Part shown: piece after piece, positions 30,401-48,400 of the stretch
Position numbering within the stretch: position 1 is the first letter of the stretch
Layout: every line of letters begins with the position of its first letter
NCBI GenBank assembly: GCA_964016885.1
Contig: OZ024741.1
Coordinates: 11,470,001 to 11,534,000 of the forward strand
Direction of reading: 5' to 3'
Length of the DNA stretch: 64,000 nucleotides
Source of the DNA: Eledone cirrhosa
Lineage: Eukaryota
Translations under genes and position numbers: made by a program
Notes under the pieces: generated by a model
The model's database searches: none
What the model was told of the DNA's origin: nothing
The model's input: the letters and a program-made list of their open reading frames with translations, nothing else

Positions 30401-33400
30401 CTGAGTTACATACACACACATCTCCTAAGTTATATACACACATCTACTGAGTTACATACACACACATCTACTGAGTTACATACAGACATATCTACTGAGT
30501 TACATACACACATCTACTGAGTTACATACACGCACATCTACTGAGTTACATACACACATCTACTGAGTTACATACACACACATCTACTGAGTTACATACA
30601 TACATCTACTGAGTTACATACACGCACATCTACTGAGTTACATACAAACACATCTACTGAGTTACATATACACACATTTCTGTGTTACATACACACACAT
30701 CTACTGAGTTACATACACTCACATCTACTGAGTTACATACACACATATCTACTGAGTTACATACACACATCTAATGAGCTACATACACATATATCTACTG
30801 AGTTACATACACACATCTAGTGAGTTACATACACACATCTACTGAGTTACGTACGCTCACATCTACTGAGTTACATACACACACATCTACAGAGTTACAT
30901 ATACACACATCTACTGAGTTGGATACACACATCTACTGAGTTACATATACACACATCTACTGTGTTACATACACACACCTCTACTGAGTTACGTACATAC
31001 ACATCTATTGAGTTACATACACACACATCTACTGAGTTACATACACACACATCTACTAAGTTACATACACACATCTACTGAGTTACATACACACAAATCT
31101 ACTGAGTTACATACACACACATCTAATGAGTTACATACACGCACATCTACTGAGTTACATACATACATCTACTGAGTTACATACAGACACATCTACTGAG
31201 TTACATACACACCTCTACTGAGTTACATACACACACCATCTACTGAGTTACATACACACACATCTTCTGAATTACATATACACACATCTACTGAGTTACA
31301 TACACACACATCAACTGAGATACATACACACATCTACTGAGTTACATACACACATCTACTGAGTTACATACACACACATCTACTGAGTTATATACACACA
31401 TATCTACTGAGTTACATACACACACATCTATTGAGTTACATACACACACATCTACTGTGTCAAATACATACACATCTACTGAGTTACATACACACATCTA
31501 CTGAATTACGTACACACACATCTACTGAGTTATATACACACGCATCTACTGAGTTACATACACACATCTGCTGAGTTACATACACACACATCTACTGAGT
31601 TACATACACACACATCCACTGAGTTACATACATACACATCTACTTAGTTACATACACACACATCTACTGAGTTAAATACACACACATCTACTGAGTTACA
31701 TATACACACATCCACTGAGTTACATACACACACCTCTACTGAGTGACATACACACATCTACTGAGTTACATACACGCACATCTACTGAGTTACATACATA
31801 CACCTACTGAGCTACATACACACACATCTACTGAGTTACATACACCGACATCTACTGTGTTACATATACACACATCTACTGAGTTACATACACACAAATC
31901 TACTGAGTTACATACACACACATCTAATGAGTTACATACACGCACATCTACTGAGTTACATACATACATCTACTGAGTTACATACATACACATCTACTGA
32001 GTTATATAAACACACATCTACTGAGTTACATACAGACACATCTACTGAGTTACATACACACCTCTACAGAGTTACATACAGACACATCTACTGAGTTACA
32101 TATACACATCTACTAATCTACATATACACACATCTACTGAGTTACAGACACACATCTACTGAGTTACATACACACATCTACTGAGTTACATACACACACA
32201 TCTACTGAGTTACATACACACATCTACTGAGTTACATACACACATATCTACTGAGTTACATATACACATATCTACCGAGTTACATACACATATCTACTGA
32301 GTTACATACACACACACAACTACTGAGTTCCGTGCACACTACTCCTGAGTTACATACACTCACATCTACTGAGTTACATACACTCACATCTACTGAGTTA
32401 CATACACACACATCTACTGAGTTACATACACATATCTACTGAGTTACATACACACACAACTACTGAGTTACATGCACACATCTACTGAGTTACATACACA
32501 CATATCTACTGAGTTACATACACACCTCTACTTAGTTACATACACACATCTACTGAGTTGCATACACACACATCTACTGTGTTACATACACACACATCTA
32601 CTGAGTCACATACATACATCTACTGAATTACATACACACACATCTACTGAGTTACATACACACGCATCTACTGAGTCACATACACACATCTACTGAATTA
32701 CATACACGCACATCTACTGAGTTACATACACACACATCTACTGAGTTACATACACACACATCTCCTATGTTATATACACACATCTACTGAGTTACATACA
32801 CACACATCTACTGAGTTACATACAGACATATCTACTGAGTTACATACACACATCTACTGAGTTACATACACGCACATCTACTGAGTTACATACACACATC
32901 TACTGAGTTACATACACACACATCTACTGAGTTACATACATACATCTACTGAGTTACATACACACACATCTACTGAGTTACATACAAACACATCTACTGA
33001 GTTACATATACACACATTTCTGTGTTACATACACACACATCTACTGAGTTACATACACTCACATCTACTGAGTTACATACACACATATCTACTGAGTTAC
33101 ATACACACATCTAATGAGCTACATACACACATATCTACTGAGTTACATACACACATCTAGTGAGTTACATACACACATCTACTGAGTTACATACACACAC
33201 ATCTACTGAGTTACATACACACACCTCTACTGAGTTACATACACACATCCACTGTGTTACATACACGCACATCTACTGAGTTACATACATACATCTACTG
33301 AGTTACGTACGCTCACATCTACTGAGTTACATACACACACATCTACAGAGTTACATATACACACATCTACTGAGTTGGATACACACATCTACTGAGTTAC

Positions 33401-36400
33401 ATATACACACATCTACTGTGTTACATACACACACCTCTACTGAGTTACATACATACACATCTATTGAGTTACATACACACACATCTACTGAGTTACATAC
33501 ACACACATCTACTAAGTTACATACACACATCTACTGAGTTACATACACACAAATCTACTGAGTTACATACACACACATCTAATGAGTTACATACACGCAC
33601 ATCTACTGAGTTACATACATACATCTACTGAGTTACATACAGACACATCTACTGAGTTACATACACACCTCTACTGAGTTACATACACACACCATCTACT
33701 GAGTTACATACACACACATCTTCTGAATTACATATACACACATCTACTGAGTTACATACACACACATCAACTGAGATACATACACACATCTACAGAGTTA
33801 CATACAGACACATCTACTGAGTTACATATACACATCTACTAAGCTACATACACACACATCTACTGAGTTACAGACACACGTCTACTGAGTTACATACACA
33901 CATCTACTGAGTTACATACACACATCTACTGAGTTACATACACAAATCTACTGAGTTACATACACACATATCTACTGAGTTACATATACACATATCTACC
34001 GAGTTACATACACATATCTACTGAGTTACATACACACACACAACTACTGAGTTCCATGCACACTACTCCTGAGTTACATACACTCACATCTACTGAGTAC
34101 ATACACTCACATCTACTGAGTTACATACACACACATCTACTGAGTTACATACACATATCTACTGAGTTACATACACACACAACTACTGAGTTACATGCAC
34201 ACATCTACTGAGTTACATACACACATATCTACTGAGTTACATACACACCTCTACTTAGTTACATACACACATCTACTGAGTTGCATACATACACATCTAC
34301 TGAGTTACATACACTCACATCTACTGAGTTACATACACACACATCTACTGAATCACATACATACATCAACTAAATTACATACACACACATCTACTGAGTT
34401 ACATACACACGCATCTACTGAGTTACATACACACTACTGCTGAGTTACATACACACACATCTACTGAGTTACATACACACACATCTACTGTGTTACATAC
34501 ACACACATCTACTGAGTCACATACATACATCTACTGAATTACATACACGCACATCTACTGAGTTACATACACACACATCTACTGAGTTACATACACACAC
34601 ATCTCCTAAGTTATATACACACATCTACTGAGTTACATACACACACATCTACTGAGTTACATACAGACATATCTACTGAGTTACATACACACATCTACTG
34701 AGTTACATACACGCACATCTACTGAGTTACATACACACATCTACTGAGTTACATACACACACATCTACTGAGTTACATACATACATCTACTGAGTTACAT
34801 ACACGCACATCTACTGAGTTACATACAAACACATCTACTGAGTTACATATACACACATTTCTGTGTTACATACACACACATCTACTGAGTTACATACACT
34901 CACATCTACTGAGTTACATACACACATATCTACTGAGTTACATACACACATCTAATGAGCTACATACACACATATCTACTGAGTTACATACACACATCTA
35001 GTGAGTTACATACACACATCTACTGAGTTACGTACGCTCACATCTACTGAGTTACATACACACACATCTACAGAGTTACATATACACACATCTACTGAGT
35101 TGGATACACACATCTACTGAGTTACATATACACACATCTACTGTGTTACATACACACACCTCTACTGAGTTACGTACATACACATCTATTGAGTTACATA
35201 CACACACATCTACTGAGTTACATACACACACATCTACTAAGTTACATACACACATCTACTGAGTTACATACACACAAATCTACTGAGTTACATACACACA
35301 CATCTAATGAGTTACATACACGCACATCTACTGAGTTACATACATACATCTACTGAGTTACATACAGACACATCTACTGAGTTACATACACACCTCTACT
35401 GAGTTACATACACACACCATCTACTGAGTTACATACACACACATCTTCTGAATTACATATACACACATCTACTGAGTTACATACACACACATCAACTGAG
35501 ATACATACACACATCTACAGAGTTACATACAGACACATCTACTGAGTTACATATACACATCTACTAAGCTACATACACACACATCTACTGAGTTACAGAC
35601 ACACATCTACTGAGTTACATACACACACATCAACCGAGATACATACACACATCTACAGAGTTACATACACGCACATCTACAGAGTTATATACACACACAT
35701 CTACTGAGTTACATACACACAAATCTACTGTGTTACATATACACACATCCACTGAGTTACATACACACACCTCTACTGAGTTACATACACACATCTACTC
35801 AGTTACATACACGCACATCTACTGAGTTGCATACACACACATCTACTGAGTTACATGAATGCATCTACTGAGTTACATACACACACATCTACTGAGTTAC
35901 ATACACACACATCTACTGAGTTACATACACACACATCTACTCAGTTACATATACACATATCTACTGAGTTACATACACACAAATCTACTGAGTTACATAC
36001 ACACACATCTACTGAGTTACATACACACACACAACTACTGAGTTACATACACACATCTACTGAGTTACATACACACACATCAACCGAGATACATACACAC
36101 ATCTACAGAGTTACATACACACACATCTACAGAGTTATATACACACACATCTACTGAGTTACATACACTCACATCTACTGTGTTAAATAAACATATCTAC
36201 TGAGTTACATACATACACAGCTATTGAGTTCCATACACACATCTACTGAGTTACATACACACATATCTACTGAGTTACATACACACATCTACTTAGTTAC
36301 ATACACACATCTACTGAGTTACATACATACACATATATTGAGTTACATACACACACATCTACTGAGTTACATACACACATATCTACTGAGTTACATACAC

Positions 36401-39400
36401 AAACATCTACTGAGTTATATACACACACATCTACTGAATTACATACACACACATCTACTGAGTTACATATACACACATCCACTGAGTTACATACACAAAC
36501 CTCTAATGAGTTACATACATACACATCTACTGAGTTACATACATACACATCTACTGAGTTATTTACACTCACATCTACTGAGTTACATACACTCACATCT
36601 ACTGAGTTACATACACACATCTACTGAGTTACATACACACACACATCTACTGAGTTACATACACTCACATCTACTGAGTTACATACACACATCTACTGAG
36701 TTACATACACACACATCTACTGAGTTATATACACACATATCTACTGAGTTACATACACACACATCTATTGAGTTACATACACACACATCTACTGTGTCAA
36801 ATACATACACATCTACTGAGTTACATACACACATCTACTGAATTACGTACACACACATCTACTGAGTTATATACACACGCATCTACTGAGTTACATACAC
36901 ACATCTGCTGAGTTACATACACACACATCTACTGAGTTACATACACACACATCCACTGAGTTACATACATACACATCTACTTAGTTACATACACACACAT
37001 CTACTGAGTTAAATACACACACATCTACTGAGTTACATATACACACATCCACTGAGTTACATAAACACACCTCTACTGAGTGACATACACACATCTACTG
37101 AGTTACATACACGCACATCTACTGAGTTACATACATACACCTACTGAGCTACATACACACACATCTACTGAGTTACATACACCGACATCTACTGTGTTAC
37201 ATATACACACATCTACTGAGTTACATACACACAAATCTACTGAGTTACATACACACACATCTAATGAGTTACATACACGCACATCTACTGAGTTACATAC
37301 ATACATCTACTGAGTTACATACATACACATCTACTGAGTTATATAAACACACATCTACTGAGTTACATACAGACACATCTACTGAGTTACATACACACCT
37401 CTACAGAGTTACATACAGACACATCTACTGAGTTACATATACACATCTACTAATCTACATATACACACATCTACTGAGTTACAGACACACATCTACTGAG
37501 TTACATACACACATCTACTGAGTTACATACACACACATCTACTGAGTTACATACACACATCTACTGAGTTACATACACACATATCTACTGAGTTACATAT
37601 ACACATATCTACCGAGTTACATACACATATCTACTGAGTTACATACACACACACAACTACTGAGTTCCGTGCACACTACTCCTGAGTTACATACACTCAC
37701 ATCTACTGAGTTACATACACTCACATCTACTGAGTTACATACACACACATCTACTGAGTTACATACACATATCTACTGAGTTACATACACACACAACTAC
37801 TGAGTTACATGCACACATCTACTGAGTTACATACACACATATCTACTGAGTTACATACACACCTCTACTTAGTTACATACACACATCTACTGAGTTGCAT
37901 ACACACACATCTACAGTGTTACATACACACACATCTACTGAGTCACATACATACATCTACTGAATTACATACACACACATCTACTGAGTTACATACACAC
38001 GCATCTACTGAGTCACATACACACATCTACTGAATTACATACACGCACATCTACTGAGTTACATACACACACATCTACTGAGTTACATACACACACATCT
38101 CCTAAGTTATATACACACATCTACTGAGTTACATACACACACATCTACTGAGTTACATACAGACATATCTACTGAGTTACATACACACATCTACTGAGTT
38201 ACATACACGCACATCTACTGAGTTACATACACACATCTACTGAGTTACATACACACACATCTACTGAGTTACATACATACATCTACTGAGTTACATACAC
38301 ACACATCTACTGAGTTACATACAAACACATCTACTGAGTTACATATACACACATTTCTGTGTTACATACACACACATCTACTGAGTTACATACACTCACA
38401 TCTACTGAGTTACATACACACATATCTACTGAGTTACATACACACATCTAATGAGCTACATACACACATATCTACTGAGTTACATACACACATCTAGTGA
38501 GTTACATACACACATCTACTGAGTTACATACACACACATCTACTGAGTTACATACACACACCTCTACTGAGTTACATACACACATCCACTGTGTTACATA
38601 CACGCACATCTACTGAGTTACATACATACATCTACTGAGTTACGTACGCTCACATCTACTGAGTTACATACACACACATCTACAGAGTTACATATACACA
38701 CATCTACTGAGTTGGATACACACATCTACTGAGTTACATATACACACATCTACTGTGTTACATACACACACCTCTACTGAGTTACATACATACACATCTA
38801 TTGAGTTACATACACACACATCTACTGAGTTACATACACACACATCTACTAAGTTACATACACACATCTACTGAGTTACATACACACAAATCTACTGAGT
38901 TACATACACACACATCTAATGAGTTACATACACGCACATCTACTGAGTTACATACATACATCTACTGAGTTACATACAGACACATCTACTGAGTTACATA
39001 CACACCTCTACTGAGTTACATACACACACCATCTACTGAGTTACATACACACACATCTTCTGAATTACATATACACACATCTACTGAGTTACATACACAC
39101 ACATCAACTGAGATACATACACACATCTACAGAGTTACATACAGACACATCTACTGAGTTACATATACACATCTACTAAGCTACATACACACACATCTAC
39201 TGAGTTACAGACACACGTCTACTGAGTTACATACACACATCTACTGAGTTACATACACACATCTACTGAGTTACATACACAAATCTACTGAGTTACATAC
39301 ACACATATCTACTGAGTTACATATACACATATCTACCGAGTTACATACACATATCTACTGAGTTACATACACACACACAACTACTGAGTTCCATGCACAC

Positions 39401-42400
39401 TACTCCTGAGTTACATACACTCACATCTACTGAGTACATACACTCACATCTACTGAGTTACATACACACACATCTACTGAGTTACATACACATATCTACT
39501 GAGTTACATACACACACAACTACTGAGTTACATGCACACATCTACTGAGTTACATACACACATATCTACTGAGTTACATACACACCTCTACTTAGTTACA
39601 TACACACATCTACTGAGTTGCATACATACACATCTACTGAGTTACATACACTCACATCTACTGAGTTACATACACACACATCTACTGAATCACATACATA
39701 CATCAACTAAATTACATACACACACATTTACTGAGTTACATACACACGCATCTACTGAGTTACATACACACTACTGCTGAGTTACATACACACACATCTA
39801 CTGAGTTACATACACACACATCTACTGTGTTACATACACACACATCTACTGAGTCACATACATACATCTACTGAATTACATACACGCACATCTACTGAGT
39901 TACATACACACACATCTACTGAGTTACATACACACACATCTCCTAAGTTATATACACACATCTACTGAGTTACATACACACACATCTACTGAGTTACATA
40001 CAGACATATCTACTGAGTTACATACACACATCTACTGAGTTACATACACGCACATCTACTGAGTTACATACACACATCTACTGAGTTACATACACACACA
40101 TCTACTGAGTTACATACATACATCTACTGAGTTACATACACGCACATCTACTGAGTTACATACAAACACATCTACTGAGTTACATATACACACATTTCTG
40201 TGTTACATACACACACATCTACTGAGTTACATACACTCACATCTACTGAGTTACATACACACATATCTACTGAGTTACATACACACATCTAATGAGCTAC
40301 ATACACACATATCTACTGAGTTACATACACACATCTAGTGAGTTACATACACACATCTACTGAGTTACGTACGCTCACATCTACTGAGTTACATACACAC
40401 ACATCTACAGAGTTACATATACACACATCTACTGAGTTGGATACACACATCTACTGAGTTACATATACACACATCTACTGTGTTACATACACACACCTCT
40501 ACTGAGTTACGTACATACACATCTATTGAGTTACATACACACACATCTACTGAGTTACATACACACACATCTACTAAGTTACATACACACATCTACTGAG
40601 TTACATACACACAAATCTACTGAGTTACATACACACACATCTAATGAGTTACATACATACATCTACTGAGTTACATACAGACACATCTACTGAGTTACAT
40701 ACACACCTCTACTGAGTTACATACACACACCATCTACTGAGTTACATACACACACATCTTCTGAATTACATATACACACATCTACTGAGTTACATACACA
40801 CACATCAACTGAGATACATACACACATCTACAGAGTTACATACAGACACATCTACTGAGTTACATATACACATCTACTAAGCTACATACACACACATCTA
40901 CTGAGTTACAGACACACATCTACTGAGTTACATACATACATCTACTGAGTTACATACAGACACATCTACTGAGTTACATACACACCTCTACTGAGTTACA
41001 TACACACACCATCTACTGAGTTACATACACACACATCTTCTGAATTACATATACACACATCTACTGAGTTACATACACACACATCAACTGAGATACATAC
41101 ACACATCTACAGAGTTACATACAGACACATCTACTGAGTTACATATACACATCTACTAAGCTACATACACACACATCTACTGAGTTACAGACACACATCT
41201 ACTGAGTTACATACACACACATCAACCGAGATACATACACACATCTACAGAGTTACATACACACACATCTACAGAGTTATATACACACACATCTACTGAG
41301 TTACATACACACAAATCTACTGTGTTACATATACACACATCCACTGAGTTACATACACACACCTCTACTGAGTTACATACACACATCTACTCAGTTACAT
41401 ACACGCACATCTACTGAGTTGCATACACACACATCTACTGAGTTACATGAATGCATCTACTGAGTTACATACACACACATCTACTGAGTTACATACACAC
41501 ACATCTACTGAGTTACATACACACACATCTACTCAGTTACATATACACATATCTACTGAGTTACATACACACAAATCTACTGAGTTACATACACACACAT
41601 CTACTGAGTTACATACACACACACAACTACTGAGTTACATACACACATCTACTGAGTTACATACACACACATCAACCGAGATACATACACACATCTACAG
41701 AGTTACATACACACACATCTACAGAGTTATATACACACACATCTACTGAGTTACATACACTCACATCTACTGTGTTAAATAAACATATCTACTGAGTTAC
41801 ATACATACACAGCTATTGAGTTCCATACACACATCTACTGAGTTACATACACACATATCTACTGAGTTACATACACACATCTACTTAGTTACATACACAC
41901 ATCTACTGAGTTACATACATACACATATATTGAGTTACATACACACACATCTACTGAGTTACATACACACATATCTACTGAGTTACATACACAAACATCT
42001 ACTGAGTTATATACACACACATCTACTGAATTACATACACACACATCTACTGAGTTACATATACACACATCCACTGAGTTACATACACAAACCTCTAATG
42101 AGTTACATACATACACATCTACTGAGTTACATACATACACATCTACTGAGTTATTTACACTCACATCTACTGAGTTACATACACTCACATCTACTGAGTT
42201 ACATACACACATCTACTGAGTTACATACACACACACATCTACTGAGTTACATACACTCACATCTACTGAGTTACATACACACATCTACTGAGTTACATAC
42301 ACACACATCTACTGAGTTATATACACACATATCTACTGAGTTACATACACACACATCTATTGAGTTACATACACACACATCTACTGTGTCAAATACATAC

Positions 42401-45400
42401 ACATCTACTGAGTTACATACACACATCTACTGAATTACGTACACACACATCTACTGAGTTATATACACACGCATCTACTGAGTTACATACACACATCTGC
42501 TGAGTTACATACACACACATCTACTAAGTTACATACACACACATCCACTGAGTTACATACATACACATCTACTTAGTTACATACACACACATCTACTGAG
42601 TTAAATACACACACATCTACTGAGTTACATATACACACATCCACTGAGTTACATACACACACCTCTACTGAGTGACATACACACATCTACTGAGTTACAT
42701 ACACGCACATCTACTGAGTTACATACATACACTTACTGAGCTACATACACACACATCTACTGAGTTACATACACCGACATCTACTGTGTTACATATACAC
42801 ACATCTACTGAGTTACATACACACAAATCTACTGAGTTACATACACACACATCTAATGAGTTACATACACGCACATCTACTGAGTTACATACATACATCT
42901 ACTGAGTTACATACATACACATCTACTGAGTTATATAAACACACATCTACTGAGTTACATACAGACACATCTACTGAGTTACATACACACCTCTACAGAG
43001 TTACATACAGACACATCTACTGAGTTACATATACACATCTACTAATCTACATATACACACATCTACTGAGTTACAGACACACATCTACTGAGTTACATAC
43101 ACACATCTACTGAGTTACATACACACACATCTACTGAGTTACATACACACATCTACTGAGTTACATACACACATATCTACTGAGTTACATATACACATAT
43201 CTACCGAGTTACATACACATATCTACTGAGTTACATACACACACACAACTACTGAGTTCCGTGCACACTACTCCTGAGTTACATACACTCACATCTACTG
43301 AGTTACATACACTCACATCTACTGAGTTACATACACACACATCTACTGAGTTACATACACATATCTACTGAGTTACATACACACACAACTACTGAGTTAC
43401 ATGCACACATCTACTGAGTTACATACACACATATCTACTGAGTTACATACACACCTCTACTTAGTTACATACACACATCTACTGAGTTGCATACACACAC
43501 ATCTACTGTGTTACATACACACACATCTACTGAGTCACATACATACATCTACTGAATTACATACACACACATCTACTGAGTTACATACACACGCATCTAC
43601 TGAGTCACATACACACATCTACTGAATTACATACACGCACATCTACTGAGTTACATACACACACATCTACTGAGTTACATACACACACATCTCCTAAGTT
43701 ATATACACACATCTACTGAGTTACATACACACACATCTACTGAGTTACATACAGACATATCTACTAAGTTACATACACACATCTACTGAGTTACATACAC
43801 GCACATCTACTGAGTTACATACACACATCTACTGAGTTACATACACACACATCTACTGAGTTACATACATACATCTACTGAGTTACATACACACACATCT
43901 ACTGAGTTACATACACACACATCTTCTGAATTACATATACACACATCTACTGAGTTACATACACACACATCAACTGAGATACATACACACATCTACAGAG
44001 TTACATACAGACACATCTACTGAGTTACATATACACATCTACTAAGCTACATACACACACATCTACTGAGTTACAGACACACATCTACTGAGTTACATAC
44101 ATACATCTACTGAGTTACATACAGACACATCTACTGAGTTACATACACACCTCTACTGAGTTACATACACACACCATCTACTGAGTTACATACACACACA
44201 TCTTCTGAATTACATATACACACATCTACTGAGTTACATACACACACATCAACTGAGATACATACACACATCTACAGAGTTACATACAGACACATCTACT
44301 GAGTTACATATACACATCTACTAAGCTACATACACACACATCTACTGAGTTACAGACACACATCTACTGAGTTACATACACACACATCAACCGAGATACA
44401 TACACACATCTACAGAGTTACATACACACACATCTACAGAGTTATATACACACACATCTACTGAGTTACATACACACAAATCTACTGTGTTACATATACA
44501 CACATCCACTGAGTTACATACACACACCTCTACTGAGTTACATACACACATCTACTCAGTTACATACACGCACATCTACTGAGTTGCATACACACACATC
44601 TACTGAGTTACATGAATGCATCTACTGAGTTACATACACACACATCTACTGAGTTACATACACACACATCTACTGAGTTACATACACATATCTACTGAGT
44701 TACATACACACACAACTACTGAGTTACATGCACACATCTACTGAGTTACATACACACATATCTACTGAGTTACATACACACCTCTACTTAGTTACATACA
44801 CACATCTACTGAGTTGCATACACACACATCTACTGTGTTACATACACACACATCTACTGAGTCACATACATACATCTACTGAATTACATACACACACATC
44901 TACTGAGTTACATACACACGCATCTACTGAGTCACATACACACATCTACTGAATTACATACACGCACATCTACTGAGTTACATACACACACATCTACTGA
45001 GTTACATACACACACATCTCCTAAGTTATATACACACATCTACTGAGTTACATACACACACATCTACTGAGTTACATACAGACATATCTACTAAGTTACA
45101 TACACACATCTACTGAGTTACATACACGCACATCTACTGAGTTACATACACACATCTACTGAGTTACATACACACACATCTACTGAGTTACATACATACA
45201 TCTACTGAGTTACATACACACACATCTACTGAGTTACATACACACACATCTTCTGAATTACATATACACACATCTACTGAGTTACATACACACACATCAA
45301 CTGAGATACATACACACATCTACAGAGTTACATACAGACACATCTACTGAGTTACATATACACATCTACTAAGCTACATACACACACATCTACTGAGTTA

Positions 45401-48400
45401 CAGACACACATCTACTGAGTTACATACATACATCTACTGAGTTACATACAGACACATCTACTGAGTTACATACACACCTCTACTGAGTTACATACACACA
45501 CCATCTACTGAGTTACATACACACACATCTTCTGAATTACATATACACACATCTACTGAGTTACATACACACACATCAACTGAGATACATACACACATCT
45601 ACAGAGTTACATACAGACACATCTACTGAGTTACATATACACATCTACTAAGCTACATACACACACATCTACTGAGTTACAGACACACATCTACTGAGTT
45701 ACATACACACACATCAACCGAGATACATACACACATCTACAGAGTTACATACACACACATCTACAGAGTTATATACACACACATCTACTGAGTTACATAC
45801 ACACAAATCTACTGTGTTACATATACACACATCCACTGAGTTACATACACACACCTCTACTGAGTTACATACACACATCTACTCAGTTACATACACGCAC
45901 ATCTACTGAGTTGCATACACACACATCTACTGAGTTACATGAATGCATCTACTGAGTTACATACACACACATCTACTGAGTTACATACACACACATCTAC
46001 TGAGTTACATACACACACATCTACTCAGTTACATATACACATATCTACTGAGTTACATACACACAAATCTACTGAGTTACATACACACACATCTACTGAG
46101 TTACATACACACACACAACTACTGAGTTACATACACACATCTACTGAGTTACATACACACACATCAACCGAGATACATACACACATCTACAGAGTTACAT
46201 ACACACACATCTACAGAGTTATATACACACACATCTACTGAGTTACATACACTCACATCTACTGTGTTAAATAAACATATCTACTGAGTTACATACATAC
46301 ACAGCTATTGAGTTCCATACACACATCTACTGAGTTACATACACACATATCTACTGAGTTACATACACACATCTACTTAGTTACATACACACATCTACTG
46401 AGTTACATACATACACATATATTGAGTTACATACACACACATCTACTGAGTTACATACACACATATCTACTGAGTTACATACACAAACATCTACTGAGTT
46501 ATATACACACACATCTACTGAATTACATACACACACATCTACTGAGTTACATATACACACATCCACTGAGTTACATACACAAACCTCTAATGAGTTACAT
46601 ACATACACATCTACTGAGTTACATACATACACATCTACTGAGTTATTTACACTCACATCTACTGAGTTACATACACTCACATCTACTGAGTTACATACAC
46701 ACATCTACTGAGTTACATACACACACACATCTACTGAGTTACATACACTCACATCTACTGAGTTACATACACACATCTACTGAGTTACATACACACACAT
46801 CTACTGAGTTATATACACACATATCTACTGAGTTACATACACACACATCTATTGAGTTACATACACACACATCTACTGTGTCAAATACATACACATCTAC
46901 TGAGTTACATACACACATCTACTGAATTACGTACACACACATCTACTGAGTTATATACACACGCATCTACTGAGTTACATACACACATCTGCTGAGTTAC
47001 ATACACACACATCTACTAAGTTACATACACACACATCCACTGAGTTACATACATACACATCTACTTAGTTACATACACACACATCTACTGAGTTAAATAC
47101 ACACACATCTACTGAGTTACATATACACACATCCACTGAGTTACATACACACACCTCTACTGAGTGACATACACACATCTACTGAGTTACATACACGCAC
47201 ATCTACTGAGTTACATACATACACTTACTGAGCTACATACACACACATCTACTGAGTTACATACACCGACATCTACTGTGTTACATATACACACATCTAC
47301 TGAGTTACATACACACAAATCTACTGAGTTACATACACACACATCTAATGAGTTACATACACGCACATCTACTGAGTTACATACATACATCTACTGAGTT
47401 ACATACATACACATCTACTGAGTTATATAAACACACATCTACTGAGTTACATACAGACACATCTACTGAGTTACATACACACCTCTACAGAGTTACATAC
47501 AGACACATCTACTGAGTTACATATACACATCTACTAATCTACATATACACACATCTACTGAGTTACAGACACACATCTACTGAGTTACATACACACATCT
47601 ACTGAGTTACATACACACACATCTACTGAGTTACATACACACATCTACTGAGTTACATACACACATATCTACTGAGTTACATATACACATATCTACCGAG
47701 TTACATACACATATCTACTGAGTTACATACACACACACAACTACTGAGTTCCGTGCACACTACTCCTGAGTTACATACACTCACATCTACTGAGTTACAT
47801 ACACTCACATCTACTGAGTTACATACACACACATCTACTGAGTTACATACACATATCTACTGAGTTACATACACACACAACTACTGAGTTACATGCACAC
47901 ATCTACTGAGTTACATACACACATATCTACTGAGTTACATACACACCTCTACTTAGTTACATACACACATCTACTGAGTTGCATACACACACATCTACTG
48001 TGTTACATACACACACATCTACTGAGTCACATACATACATCTACTGAATTACATACACACACATCTACTGAGTTACATACACACGCATCTACTGAGTCAC
48101 ATACACACATCTACTGAATTACATACACGCACATCTACTGAGTTACATACACACACATCTACTGAGTTACATACACACACATCTCCTAAGTTATATACAC
48201 ACATCTACTGAGTTACATACACACACATCTACTGAGTTACATACAGACATATCTACTAAGTTACATACACACATCTACTGAGTTACATACACGCACATCT
48301 ACTGAGTTACATACACACATCTACTGAGTTACATACACACACATCTACTGAGTTACATACATACATCTACTGAGTTACATACACACACATCTACTGAGTT

